Of a stretch of DNA of 64,000 nt, positions 48,659 to 60,840 are shown piece by piece. Within the stretch, counting starts at the first letter, position 1. Every line of letters begins with the position of its first letter. Source of the DNA: Mobula hypostoma (lineage: Eukaryota); the NCBI RefSeq assembly GCF_963921235.1, contig NC_086097.1, positions 170,440,001 through 170,504,000 of the forward strand, written 5' to 3'. Made by a program: the position numbers and the translations under genes. The notes under the pieces were generated by a model. That model was given only the letters and a program-made list of their open reading frames with translations. It ran no database searches and was not told the origin of the DNA.

Positions 48659-49315
48659 AGATTAGATGATGAGGACACTCAGTCTTTGTTTATTGTCATT
48701 TAGAAATGCATGCATTAAAAAATGATACAATGTTCCTCCAGAGTGATATCACAGAAACACAGGACAAACCAAGACTAAACCTGACAAAACCACATAATTA
48801 TAACACATTGTTACAACCATGCAAAGCAATACCGTAATTTGATAAAGAGCAGACCATGGGCACTGTAAAAAAAAGTCTCAAGTCCCGATAGCCCCATCAT
48901 CTCACGCAGACGGCAGAAGGGAGAAACTCTCCCTGCCGTGAACCTCAAAGCGCCGCAAACTTGCTGATGCATTGGAAGCACCCGACTGCAGCCGACACTA
49001 AGTCCATCCGAAAACTTCAAGCCTCTGACCAGCCCTCCGACACCGAGCACCGAGCACCATCCTCTACCGAGTACTTTTGACCTTGCTCCGGCCGCCGAGC
49101 AACAAGCAAAGCCGAGGACTCGGGGCCTTCCTCTCTGGAGATTCTGGATCACATAGTAGCAGCGGCAGCGAAAAAGGCATTTCAGAAATTTCACGAGATG
49201 TTCCTCCGTGCTCGGAGGATTAGGATTGTGCACGGCACCCTACTTGACAGATAACAGATATCTCCACTGGAGTGGCCGCTGAGAGCTGCGTCGTGCTGCC
49301 ATCTTCTCCTCCCTC
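48659..49315 (-). mobile_element. Full-length non-autonomous retroelement with Rex1-type 3' end
   Basis: 5' GAGGAGAAGATGGCAGC; 3' TGACAATAAAC...ATCTAATCT; 6-bp TSD CAAGTT (48653-48658, 49316-49321). Confidence 0.7.
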
Positions 49316-49334
49316 CAAGTTCTTGAAGGGAATC

Positions 49335-50048
49335 AGAAACATTTAATATCATAGGCAATGTCATGAAATTAGTTGTTATGTGGCAGCAGTATGTTGCAAT
49401 CCATAATAATTTACGACAGTGAAATACAGTTTTATATATACAAACATTAAATTAAATAAATAGTGCAATGGAAGTAGTGAGGTAGTGTCCATGGGTTCAA
49501 TGTCCATTCATAAATCTGATGGCAGAGGGGAAGAAGCTGTTCCTGAATAGTTGAGTGTGTACCTTCAGGCTCCTGTGCATCCTCCCTGATGGTGGCAATA
49601 AGAAGAGGGCATGCCCTGGGTGATGGGGGGTTCTTAACAATGGATACCGCCTTTTTGAGGCATTGCTCCTTGAAGGTGTCTTGAATACTGGTGAGGCTGG
49701 TGCCCATGATGGAGATGGCTGAGCTTTCAACTTCCAGCAGCTTTTTCAAATCCTATGCAATGTCCCCACCCCCTCCATATCAAACGATGATGCAGCCAAT
49801 TAGAATGTTCTCCATGGTACATTTGTAGAAATTTGCGAGTGTCTTTGGTGACATACCAAATCTCCTCAAGCTCCTAATGAAATATAACAGCTGTCATGCC
49901 TTCCTTGTATGTTGGGCCCAGGATAGATCCTCAGTGATGCTAACACCCAGGAACCTAAAATTGCTCACTCTTTACCCTTCTGATCCCTCTATGAGGACTG
50001 GTGTATCTTCTTTCATCCTACCCTTTCTGACGTTTACAATCAATTCCA
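49335..50048 (-). mobile_element. Rex1 LINE 3' fragment
   Basis: Homologous to 9175-9965; HHPGHALFLLPPSGR...FRNSFFPSAIR. Confidence 0.82.
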
Positions 50049-50924
50049 TCAGTGGAGGACATTTCTGGTGATATTGGTTTCGAGCAGGGCAGTAGAATCA
50101 GAGAAATAGTTTTAAAAAATGCTGGCTCAGGTACAACAGATTGAATGGCCGCCTTCTTCCTTACAAGAACTACTGGATTATAATTTAGTCAGGTTTGACA
50201 TGCACATGGAAATATTTATAGTTATGAATGTAGAATTCTTATTATGTGTAAACTAATGCTGTACTGTCATCAGTTTAAGGCAATGAATAGAAAATATAAA
50301 TTCAGCTCACAATATAAACATGGAGGATCTTTAAGAATATGATGGATATTTGCCAAAGTAATTGTAAATGTCTTACACATATGAATAGAAGCCAACAACT
50401 GTGCATTCACACAGTCTAATGTTAATACAGTTATAGAACAAAAGGTATCCAAGCTAATGTAAATTCAATGACACATGTCAAAAGGCCAAACTAAAGGGGT
50501 CACAGGGGATAATTTACATAGCTGTAATCATTGTGTTTATACATACTCCTTTAAAATCTCTTAGATAACTAGTGCATGAGGTAGAGAGGGCAAATTTTAA
50601 TGAGGGCATAGGCTTATGGAATTGTTCAAGAACACAGTGGAACATACAGCCCATTGACCTTCTAGGCAGTAGATCCTTAACTAAATGTCTGGATCTACTT
50701 TCCTCAACATGCTTTACAGTAAAGAATGTTCCACTGATGTTTCTACACATGCGCAGTGCATTTCTGAAATCATTTACACCTCCACTGGGCACTTTGCCAC
50801 TTTTAATTCCATCTCTGCCTCTCCATTCTCACTAACCTCTTCTAACATCTCCTTAGTCTCAGAGTTCTATCTCATAATAAAAGATCCTGTGTTCTTTCTC
50901 CAAAGGATACAGTGGAATATATGT

Positions 50925-51725
50925 AGATCAGTTGCAGATATGGACAGTGAAATGGCAGATGGAGTTTAACCCAGCCAAATATGAGGTGTTGCAGTTTGAG
51001 AGACAGTCCAGTACACTGTTAATGACAACAGTTAACAGTGCTGATGTGTCGAGGGATACTGAGGTCCAAGTCCATAGCTCCTTGAAACCTGTTGCACTGG
51101 TTTGTAGGGTTGTAAAGAAGGCATATGGCATGCTTGCATTTATTTGTCGAGGCATTATGTTTAAGAGTTGGGAAAACAAAGCTTGTTAGACTACATTTAG
51201 AATATTGCATTCAATTCTGGCCATTCCATTATAGGAATGATGTGGAGGCTTTGGAGAGGGTGCAGAAAAGATTTACCAGGATGCTGCCTGAAGTAGAAGA
51301 CATAGGCTATAAAGTTGGACAAACTTGCCTTGTATTCTCTGGAGCGATGGGGCTGATGGGATATCTGATCGATATTTATAAGATTAGGAAATGCATAGAT
51401 AGACGGCTGCTATCCTTTTCCCAGATTGAAATGTCTAATACCAGAGGATATATATTTAAAATGAAGGTGGTAAATTCAAAGGAAGCGTGGGGACAAGTTT
51501 TTTACAGTGGTGGGGGTCTGGAATGCACTACCCGGGGAGGCGGTGGAAGCATTTAAGAGGTTCTTAGATATGCGCATGTATATGTAGTGTATGTATATGT
51601 ATAAGGACATACTAGAGAGAAGGGATTATTTTGTTACACATTTAATTACTACTTTAATTAGTTCAGCACAACATCATTATCTGAAGGGTCTGTTGCGCAC
51701 TGTGCTGTTCTATATTCTTTGTTCT
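50925..51725 (+). mobile_element. CR1 3' fragment
   Basis: KWQMEFNPAKYEV; RLHLEYCIQFWP...LERVQKRFTRM. Confidence 0.78.
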
Positions 51726-53270
51726 TTATGTAATTCTTGGGGTATATTGCTATAAAGGTGATATATAAATACACCATTATTATTGACTTGTATGTTGGAG
51801 CACTGTATCAGATAAGCCCTTTTTAGACAGAACCAAAATGCAGAAATCCAGATTCAGGTGCAATAAAATTCCTTGCTTGCAAGAAGCTCACAGAGTGAGC
51901 AGCATAGATAGTAATAATAAATACAATAAATACAGCGACGAGCACAAAACAATATTGAATTTACTGGCAAGCCCCATACCGAGTTAACAGGAACGACGGA
52001 GTTGCTGAGATTTTCCCATCCTTATATACTTCTTCTTGCTGCTTCAGTATAGCTGTCACCAAAATCAATGAGCTCACCCATCCCGGATATTTTCTCTTCT
52101 CCCCTTTCCCATTGGGCAGAAAATACAAAAGCCAGAAAGCAGGTACCACCGGGCTCAAGGACAGCTTCTATCCCACTGTACAATAAGATGGACTTTTAGC
52201 CTCATGATCTACCCCGTTATGATCTTGCACTTTACTGTTTACCTGAAACGCAGCTTTTACACTTTATTCTGCATTGTTATTGTTTTACCTTGTTCTGCCT
52301 CAATGCATTGTGTAAAGATTTTATCTTTATAAACAGAATACAAGACAAGTTTTTTTTAACTGTATCTTGGTACATGTGACTATAATGAACCAATTCCAGT
52401 TCCAATTCCTTCTGCTGATGAAACTGCTTCCTGATCCTATGCTTTATTACCTCTTCATCAGAGCTCGCTCGTCAACGCATGTGAATGTGGATTGTATGGC
52501 TGTGGGTTAGAACAGCAGGTAGCATTTTTAAATGTCCTTTGTTTTGTTAAATGTTTTTAATCACTTATAATTGCTTTGAAGGGCTTTAGCTAATTTTCCT
52601 TTTAAGTTTCTTTTGAATTTAATTCTTTATTTCATTTTTAATGGTTTTTAAATGATGCTGAATGTCAGTGACATTTAGAATAATTGAAAAGCCTGTAATG
52701 TTGACAGCTGGGGATCTGGTTTTAGCAGCTGTCAGAAGTCTCTTTTGTGGGTGGGGTTTGTTAGTCTTCATTTCTTTAGGTATAAAATTTCAATCTGAGC
52801 CAAGTCCTAGCACATCCACAGCTGATGTAAACCTAATTCAAACTCAGACTAGTCCTTTCTCTACGGAGAACATTTTTTTTCTCTTTATAAGAGACAATAC
52901 ATACTTCTGAAACACAATTAGAAAACAAAAACACAAGAAATCATGAGACTGACTAAGCCATTTAGCCCCTCAAGTCTGTCATATCATTTACTTTGATTAT
53001 CTCCCCCCTATGCCAGTTCCCCAAAGACTCCAGTCTCTCAGTCTTTCAAAACTATATCTACCTCCTACTTAACTACTCCCAATAATCTAGCCACCACAAT
53101 CTGCTAGGAAAATTCTGAAACTTACTGCCCTCTGTGAGAAATTCCTATGAGCCTCAGATTTAAGTGATCATCCGCTTATCTTGTGAATGCGTGCTATGGT
53201 TCAAAGTTCTCCCATGAATGGATACATCTCAATGTCACATGCCCCTTCCGCAAAACTACAAGGAATACAG

Positions 53271-53468
53271 ATCAACACACATAAAAGTTGCTGGTGAACG
53301 CAGCAGGCCAGGCAGCATCTCTAGGAAGAGGTACAGTCGACGTTTCAGGACTCGGCCTGAAACGTCGACTGTACCTCTTCCTAGAGATGCTGCCTGGCCT
53401 GCTGCGTTCACCAGCAACTTTTATGTGTGTTGCTTGAATTTCCAGCATCTGCAGAATTCCTGTTGTTT
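53271..53468 (+). mobile_element. Penelope-derived perfect fold-back insertion
   Basis: 77-bp perfect arms (53273-53349, 53356-53432), 6-nt loop, 36-nt tail; TSD AGGAATACAG (53261-53270, 53469-53478), inside a minus-strand CR1. Confidence 0.92.
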
Positions 53469-53914
53469 AGGAATACAGCTCAAATTTCTTCAGCACACAT
53501 GATCTGAGAACTCTCCCATCCCAGGAATTAGCCTAGTGATTCTTTTCTGGACTGCCTCCAACATTGTGATAGCTTTCTTTAAATAATGTACCAAAACTGT
53601 CCAGATGGGTGGCCTCAGGTATACCCTGTAGTACTGTAACAACAGTTCTCCATTTCTAGACTCCAAACCATTTTCAACTAAGGACAATAAGCCATTTTCC
53701 TTCTTCACCATCTGATGCATCTGCCTGATAACATTTTGCATTTTACACTCAAGAATGCCTAAATCTCTCTATACTTTGTTCATCTGCTTTCTTTCTTCAT
53801 TTACTTAATAGTCTGTCCTTAGATTCCAATGGCTTGTTACTCATGATAAAGGTTATTCTTTAATACTTTTTTAAATTAGTCCACCTGATATGATGGACTA
53901 ATGTATTGGCATGT

Positions 53915-55550
53915 AATAAGGATAATGCTATAATAGTCATGGGGGATGAGATTGGGAAAATGAGGATGCTGTTGGATCCCAAGAGATGGAATATGTAGAA
54001 AGCCTACAAGATGGCTTTTGAGAGCTGCTTGTGGTTGAGCCCACTAGGGAAAGGCAACTCTGGATTGTGTGTTGTGTAGTGAACCAGATTTGATTAGGGA
54101 GTTAAGGTAAAAGAACCTTTGGAAGACAATGAATTTAATATGATTGAATTCACCCTGCAGTTTGAGAGGGAGAAGGTAATGTCAGATGTATCAGTATTAC
54201 AGTGGAATAAAGAAAATCACAGAAGCATGACAGAGGAGCTGGCCAAAGCTGAGTGGAAGAGGACCTGTCAGAGATGATGGCAGAACCACAATGGCTGGAG
54301 TTTCTGGGGGCAATTCGAAAAACAAAGTATAGATACATCCCAATAATGACAAGGTATCTTAAAGGAAGAACGAGGCAACTGTGGGTGACAAGCAAAGCCA
54401 AATACAGCATAAAAGCAAAGGAGAGGACATATAATGCAGGAAAAATAAGTGGGAAGTTAGAGGATTGAGAAGCTTTTAAAAACCAACAGAAGACAATTAA
54501 AATGAAACATGAGAGAAAAGATGAAATATGAAGGTAAAATAGCCAATAATATCAAAGAGGATACCTTTTGTTTCAAATATATAAAGAGTGAAAGAGAGGT
54601 GAAAGTACATATTGGACCATTGGAAAATGACACTGGAGAGGTAGTAATGACAATACAAAGATAAGTGGAGGGGCACGTATTGTTGAGGAAGTAGAGAATC
54701 TGCAGAAGGGCTTGGACAGATTGAGAGAATGGGCAAAGAAGTGGCAGATGGAGTGTAGTGTAGGGAAATGTATAGTCATACACTTTGGTAGAAGCAATAA
54801 AGGCTTTGACTATATTCTAGATGGGGAGAAAAATTCAAAAATCAAAGGTGCAAAGGGAAGTAGGAGTCTTTGTGCAGAATTCCCTAAAAGTTAACTTGTA
54901 GGTTGAGTCCATGGTAAGGAAGGTGAATGCAATGTGAGCATACTTCTCAAGAGGACTACAATCTAAGAGCAAGTTTTTGATGCTGAGGCTTTATATAACA
55001 TTAGTCAGACCAGACTTGGGGTATTATGAGCAGCTTTGAGTCCTTATCTGAGAAAAAATGTTGCTGGCATTGGAGAGGAATGATTCTGGGAATGAAAGGG
55101 TTAACATATGAGGAGCATTTGATGCCTCTGGGACTGTACTCATTTGAGTTTAGGAGAATGAAGGGGGATGGGGGTTCTCATTTAAACCTATCAAATATTG
55201 AAAGGACTAGACAGAGTGGATATGAAGAGGATGCATCCAATAATGGATGAGTCTAGAACCAGAAGGCACAGCTTCCGAATAGAGGGACTTCCATTTAGAA
55301 CAGAGATGGGAAGGAATTTCTTTCGCCAGAGGCTGGTGAATCTATGGAATTCATTACCACAGATGGCTTTGGAGGCCAAATCATTGAGTATATTTGAAGC
55401 AGAGGGTGATAGGTTCTTGGTTAGTCAGGGTGTCAAAGGTAATGGGGAGAAGGCCGGAGGATGGGGTAGAGAGGGATGATAGAAGAGTCAGGATGGAGTG
55501 GACTTGGTCTGCAGAGGGGCATAATTCTGTTCCTATGTCTTATAGTCTTA
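53915..55550 (+). mobile_element. CR1 ORF2 remnant lacking the RT core
   Basis: APE-end and linker sequences join directly to a DDTK-like remnant at ~54650; 3' motifs RNFFRQRLVNLWNSLP. Confidence 0.78.
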
Positions 55551-56000
55551 TAATATCATTTGGATATTTGCCAAGACGTCTGATACAAAAATTGACTTGT
55601 CCTGCCTGCCAATTGCTTCCTTTGCATTATTAATTCACAAGTATCATCCTTGGGCTAGACCACTCTTATCTTAACTACCCTCTTCTTACTTAACCATGTA
55701 GTTTTCTTTGATTTTACTGGGTAGTCATCCCTCCATTGTTAATGCTTTAGTCTCTGGCTGCTAGTTCCTGTAAAATTCCCAGTCTGCTGGTCTACCGTGA
55801 CTCTCTTGCCACTTCATATACATTAGTGTTTGACTTAATAGTTTCCTTGAACTCTTTTGTTAACAATGGATGGTTTATCTTTCCCATGGAATCCTTCTTT
55901 CTAATTGAGATGAGTTTTTTGCAGAAGCTGTTGCCATTACTCATCCATCAACCCAGCCCTGAGCCTAATTTTCTTAACCACTCTGGTCAACTAGAACTCT

Positions 56001-56112
56001 GCAATTCGTTTTGTGACAAATATGATTATATGATATATATGTACGGTATCTGAAATACATCTTATGGAAATGTTAGTTTGATAATGAAATTCAATAAAAA
56101 ATAAATTACAAA
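56001..56112 (+). mobile_element. Short poly(A)-type retroposed 3' end (L1/Tx1-like)
   Basis: AATAAA and A-rich tail; TSD AGAACTCT at 55993-56000 and 56113-56120. Confidence 0.65.
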
Positions 56113-56469
56113 AGAACTCTTCAAGTCACCTATTAGTGCCTATGTGGATCACAACAACTGAACCTTTCTCCTCCCGCTCCAAGTCCCTATCCAGATCAGA
56201 AGAGGGGTCCTTAACCCTCACACCAGAAAGGGTACACAGACATTGGAAACAGTGTCTATTCCCCTAACCATGTTATCACCCATGACAACTAAAGATAGGG
56301 TGAATGTTTGCAGGCTGGATGAGACCAGAAAAAGAGGTCAAACACTTGGAGTGAAGGAGGAATCCGAGGGGGAACGTCTTCACTCAGAAGGTGATATCAG
56401 TGAGTGTGGAACGAGCTGCCAGCAGAAATGGTAGATATGAGTTCAATTGTAACATTTCAGAGAAGTCTG

Positions 56470-56797
56470 AGTCCTTGTCCAAGGGTTTTGAAGCTTGCGT
56501 AACTCAATGACCTGGAGAGCTATGTAGGCTAGAGTCAGGGCCTTGTTCTTTGGCTCTTGGTAAGTTCACCCATGTCAAACAGGTTAAAGGATAAAGGCCG
56601 GACTAAGAGTGGTCCATCAGTCCTCCAGGTTCGAGGGTTCAGTTCAGGGCTAACAATTATGACTAGTCAAAACAAACGGTTATGGAAACAGCAAGGAAGA
56701 ATCCTTCAATATCTGTGTGCAACTGTATGGACAGATGGAGATGGAGACTTTCATTGCTGCCCTAAGTGCCAGCAGTGTAAAGGGCAGTAAGGAAGAA
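56470..56797 (+). mobile_element. RTE (Expander/Rex3-like) bipartite non-autonomous element
   Basis: GCTTGCGT..CTCAATGACCTGGAGAGCTATG...GGTAAGTTCACCCATGTCAAACAGGT resembles RTE 5' UTRs; end TTCATTGCTGCCCTAAGTGCCAGCAGTGTAAAGGGCAGTAAG resembles an RTE 3' end. Confidence 0.55.
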
Positions 56798-57309
56798 TAG
56801 GTACACGAATGAGGGAGAGATGGAGGACTGTGGTCCAGGTACAGGAACTGTTGATGGGACGAGGCAGAAGACTGGGCTGGCATGGATGAGACGGGCCAGT
56901 GTAGAGCTACGATACTGTGGAGAGTTAGCACATCCTCCTTGTAGTCCCCACCTTCATTCATGCAGGGAGCAATAACCTCATACCTGTGGACAAGGGTATG
57001 AACTGAGGCTCTTCGAAACCATTCTCTTGATCCCTTGGACGGCCTCTTTTGCAGTTACACCCTCCTGTCCCTGACCACTGGTCAACCTGGGGGGGAATTA
57101 ACCTTAGGGGATGTGACTGCTTCCTGGTACACAGGGAAGGGGTCATGTGTCCCAGTGCCTGAAACTCGGGCTCCAGTTCATCCTGAAATGACCGTTTGTT
57201 AAGCAACCTGAATAGGCCTCACTAGCTTTACATTGCAACTACAACACATTCCCTGGTCAGTATTTGCATTCTACCTAATTAGTTTGATTAGATCAAGGTG
57301 ATTTATTTA

Positions 57310-57560
57310 TTTATTTATTTTAGCGATACCGTACAGCACAGTGAAAGGCCCTTTTGGCCAGACACGCCTGTGCGGCTCAATTACACACCTGTGACCAATT
57401 ATCGTACCAACCTATACGTTTTTGGATTGTAGGAGGAAACTGGAGCACACAGAGGAACCCACGCAGTCACAGAATGTACAAACTGCTTACAGACAGCAGT
57501 GGAATTGAAATCGAGTCACTAGCATTGCAGTATTGTTACTCTACCCTCTATGCTTCCATG
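57310..57560 (-). mobile_element. V-SINE
   Basis: TTTGGATTGTAGGAGGAAACTGGAGCAC...GGAACCCACGCAGTCAC V domain; (TTTA)n tail. Confidence 0.68.
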
Positions 57561-59604
57561 TAAACCAATTAGGTTTGTGTGTTTTAACCTGCCACATGCC
57601 AAGACTACCAATACACTAACCTAAATCGCCTGACCAGTCAGGAACAGACGAATAAGAAAAGCCCACCAAACACTTGTCTGTGATGTCTCTCTCTGTCACT
57701 GAGAGTAAGGAGCAGCAGGAGCCATGTCTGATTCTGACCCTTCATTTAAACCTAGTGTAGTTCCCTCGCTTGGGTCTCCCGCTCACAAGCCATACAATCA
57801 TTCAATGGTACAGAACAATAACAAGGTGCTCTGGTCCACCAGGTCTATTCCGACCATCACCCATCTGTATTAGTCCCATTTACCAGTACGTGGTCTATAG
57901 AACGCCTTACAGATTCAAGTGCTGGATGGGATACTTCTTAAGTATGACAATCTTTGCCTCCACCACACACTTGTACATTCGAGGTTCCAACAATCCTCTG
58001 GATAAAACATTTTCTTCAGGCACCCAGTGCATACCTGGCTTTGAACATCCCTGTAGACTTGCATCAGATTCCACAGGAGAGGGCTAAAGCTGCCTGAAGG
58101 AAAACACAAGCAAAGCAGCAGGAAAGCCCATTTCAACTCAATCCACTGTTCAGTCAGACCATGGCCAATCACAAACTTTAAACCCACTTTCCTCCTGAGT
58201 CCCTGATTCCTCCGATACCCACAAACCCATTGATCTTAGCCTTGAACATTATTAACAGTGGAACTCTAATAGCTCCCCTGGGAGAAAAAAATCCTAAGGT
58301 TTACAGCTTGGCATGAAGAGATTCTTCTCATGTCCTTCATAAACGGTGATCTTTTATTTAGGAACTCAGCCCCTCCCGGACTCTTGCTCTGCTACTTAGA
58401 AGCAGGTCTCTCGGCAGCTGCCATATGAGGACTGATTATCAAGAAAGGCCGATTCTGTTCCACCTCTCCCCTTAGGACACCACTTTCCTTGCAGGAATCA
58501 GTCAAGTATATCTTCACTGCACCTGCTCTAAGACAAGAATAGAATTCCTTTCCTTTAACAAAGTCCTTCACTGTTTTACTGTCTCCTTCAACCTTGCACT
58601 CTAGACCCTCTGGAACAAAGCTCAGCACATCATTTGCTTTCGTGAGTGATTGCGGTATCTGCACGTTAACCTTCTCTCATTTATGTATGAGGACCCACAG
58701 GTTCCTTTCAGTAATTAGAAGGCACTTAACAAGCTGTATCCTGTGTGCTTTCCTTGCTCTTTTCACCCAAGTGGATAATATCCCACTGGCCCACGTTTTA
58801 CTCCATCTGTCACCCTTCTACCCACTTACTTAATCAGCTGATATCTCTTGAATGCAGGGAAGCAGAATGATGCTGGAACTCTTGGTGTGCTGCATACCCA
58901 GTATTCTCCACACTGCATTCTACCACTAAACAGTGTTTCACACCAATGGGGACTAAATGCAGTGACATGCAACCAGGTTCCGTGGCCATGAGCCCTCACA
59001 TTATTGCTCTGATTGCCTTGGAGGTGGAGGTGTGAGGGTCATAAAAGGAAGATACACAAAATCCACCTCTGGACTCTGGTGGAAGAGGTTCAATCCATGG
59101 GGAGGAAGGTAAGTCAAGACCCACCTGCCCAGTGATATTTGGAACTCCATTTTCACGGAATTTGCTACTTTCCTGCTATCAATACGGCAGCCAGTGTCCA
59201 CAAAGAACTCTATTACATTTATCACGAATGAATTACGTCTTTGGAATCCACACAGATGACCTCAATTAACCTATGTCTTTGTATTAATCTTATCCTGTTC
59301 AAGTGCACCATTAATAATTTTGGACTGGCTTCTCTAGAGTTACTTGGTTACTTCTTTATCTTGCACCAGCTGCTGTACTTTGTTACAATCTCCACTTAGG
59401 CAGAACCTTGGGGTAAAGGTGATTTCTTTCCAATATGGCTTTGTAAGTTATGAGGTGACTGAGGCCAATGTGACAAATACAAAATATTTTACCGAGGCAG
59501 CAGGGGCTGATGAGGTGGGTGGACAGGTAGGTACCTTATGAGCTTGTGAGGCTTTCTGTATGTTCAAGCTCACAATGTGTGAAATGCGGTTTTTCCATAT
59601 CATA

Positions 59605-60490
59605 CTGAATTGAATTGACTTTATTATTTACATCCGTCACATACGTGAGGAGTAAAAATCTTTACGTTATCTCTCCGTCTAAATGAGCAACGTGCAATTT
59701 ATAGTAATTTGTATTAATAGTATGTACAACAAGACAGTCAATATAGCATAGAAACACAATGGTATCAGCATGAATTAATCAGTCTAACGGCCTGGTGGAA
59801 GAAGCTGTCCCGGAGCCTGTTGATCCTGGCTTTTATGATGCAGTATCGTTTCCCGGATGGTAGCAGCTGGAACAGATTGTGGTTGGGGAGACTCAGGTCC
59901 CCAATGATCCTTCGGGCCCTTTTTATGCACCTGTTTCTGTAAATGTCCTGAGTAGTGGGAAATTCACATCTACAGATGCGCTGGTCTGCCCGCACCACTC
60001 TCTGCAGAGACCTGTGATTGAGGGAAGTGCAGTTCCCATACCAGGCAGTGACGCAGCCAGTCAAGATACTGTGCCCCTGTAGAAAGTTCTTAGGATTTGG
60101 TGGGGGGAGGGGGCAATACCAAACTTCTTCGACTGTCTGATGTGAAAGAGGTGTTATTGTGCTTTTTTCAGCACATAGCTGGTATGTAGAGACCACATGG
60201 GATCCTCAGTGATGTGGATGCTGAGGAACTTAAAGCTGTTCATCCTCTCAACCCCTGATCCATTGATGTCAATAGGGGTTAGCCCGTCTTCATTTCTAGT
60301 GTAGTCCACAACTAGTTCCTTTGTTGTTGCGACATTGAGGGAGGAATTGTTTTCTTAACACCGTTGTGTTAGGGTAATAACTTCTTCTCTATAGGCTGCC
60401 TCATTATTATTTGAGATTAGGCCAATCAATGTAGTATTGTCAGCAAGTTTAATTAGCAGATCGGAGCTGTGGGTGGCAACACAGTCATTA
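59605..60490 (-). mobile_element. Rex1 LINE 3' fragment
   Basis: LIKLADNTTLIGLISNNNEAAYREEV; SILTGCVTAWYGNC...RLRDSFFHQAVRL; (CAATT)n tail. Confidence 0.87.
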
Positions 60491-60840
60491 CTGCGTCCGG
60501 TGCTCCCGATGTGGCCTTTTATATATTGGCGAGACCCGACACAGACTGGGAGATCGTTTTGCTGAACACCTACGCTCTGTCCACCAGAGAAAGTGGGATC
60601 TCCCAGTGGCCACACATTTTAATTCCACATCCCATTCCCATTCTGACATGTCTATCCACGGCCTCCTCTACTGTAAAGATGAAGCCACACTCATCTGGTT
60701 GGAGGAACAACACCTTATATTCTGTCTGGGTAGCCTCCAACCTGATGGCATGAACATTGACTTCTCTAACTTCCGCTAATGCCCCACCTCCCCCTCGTAC
60801 CCCATCCGTTATTTATATACACACATTCTTTCTCTCACTC
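60490..60840 (+). mobile_element. Penelope GIY-YIG fragment
   Basis: TACTGCGTCCGGTGCTCCCGATGTGGCCTTTTATATATTGGCGAGACC translates to YCVRCSRCGLLYIGET. Confidence 0.85.

Noticed and set aside
58850..59114. Possible host exon ending at AG/GTAAGT (59107-59114)
   Set aside because: No convincing open frame or recognisable protein upstream; an isolated donor consensus is expected by chance
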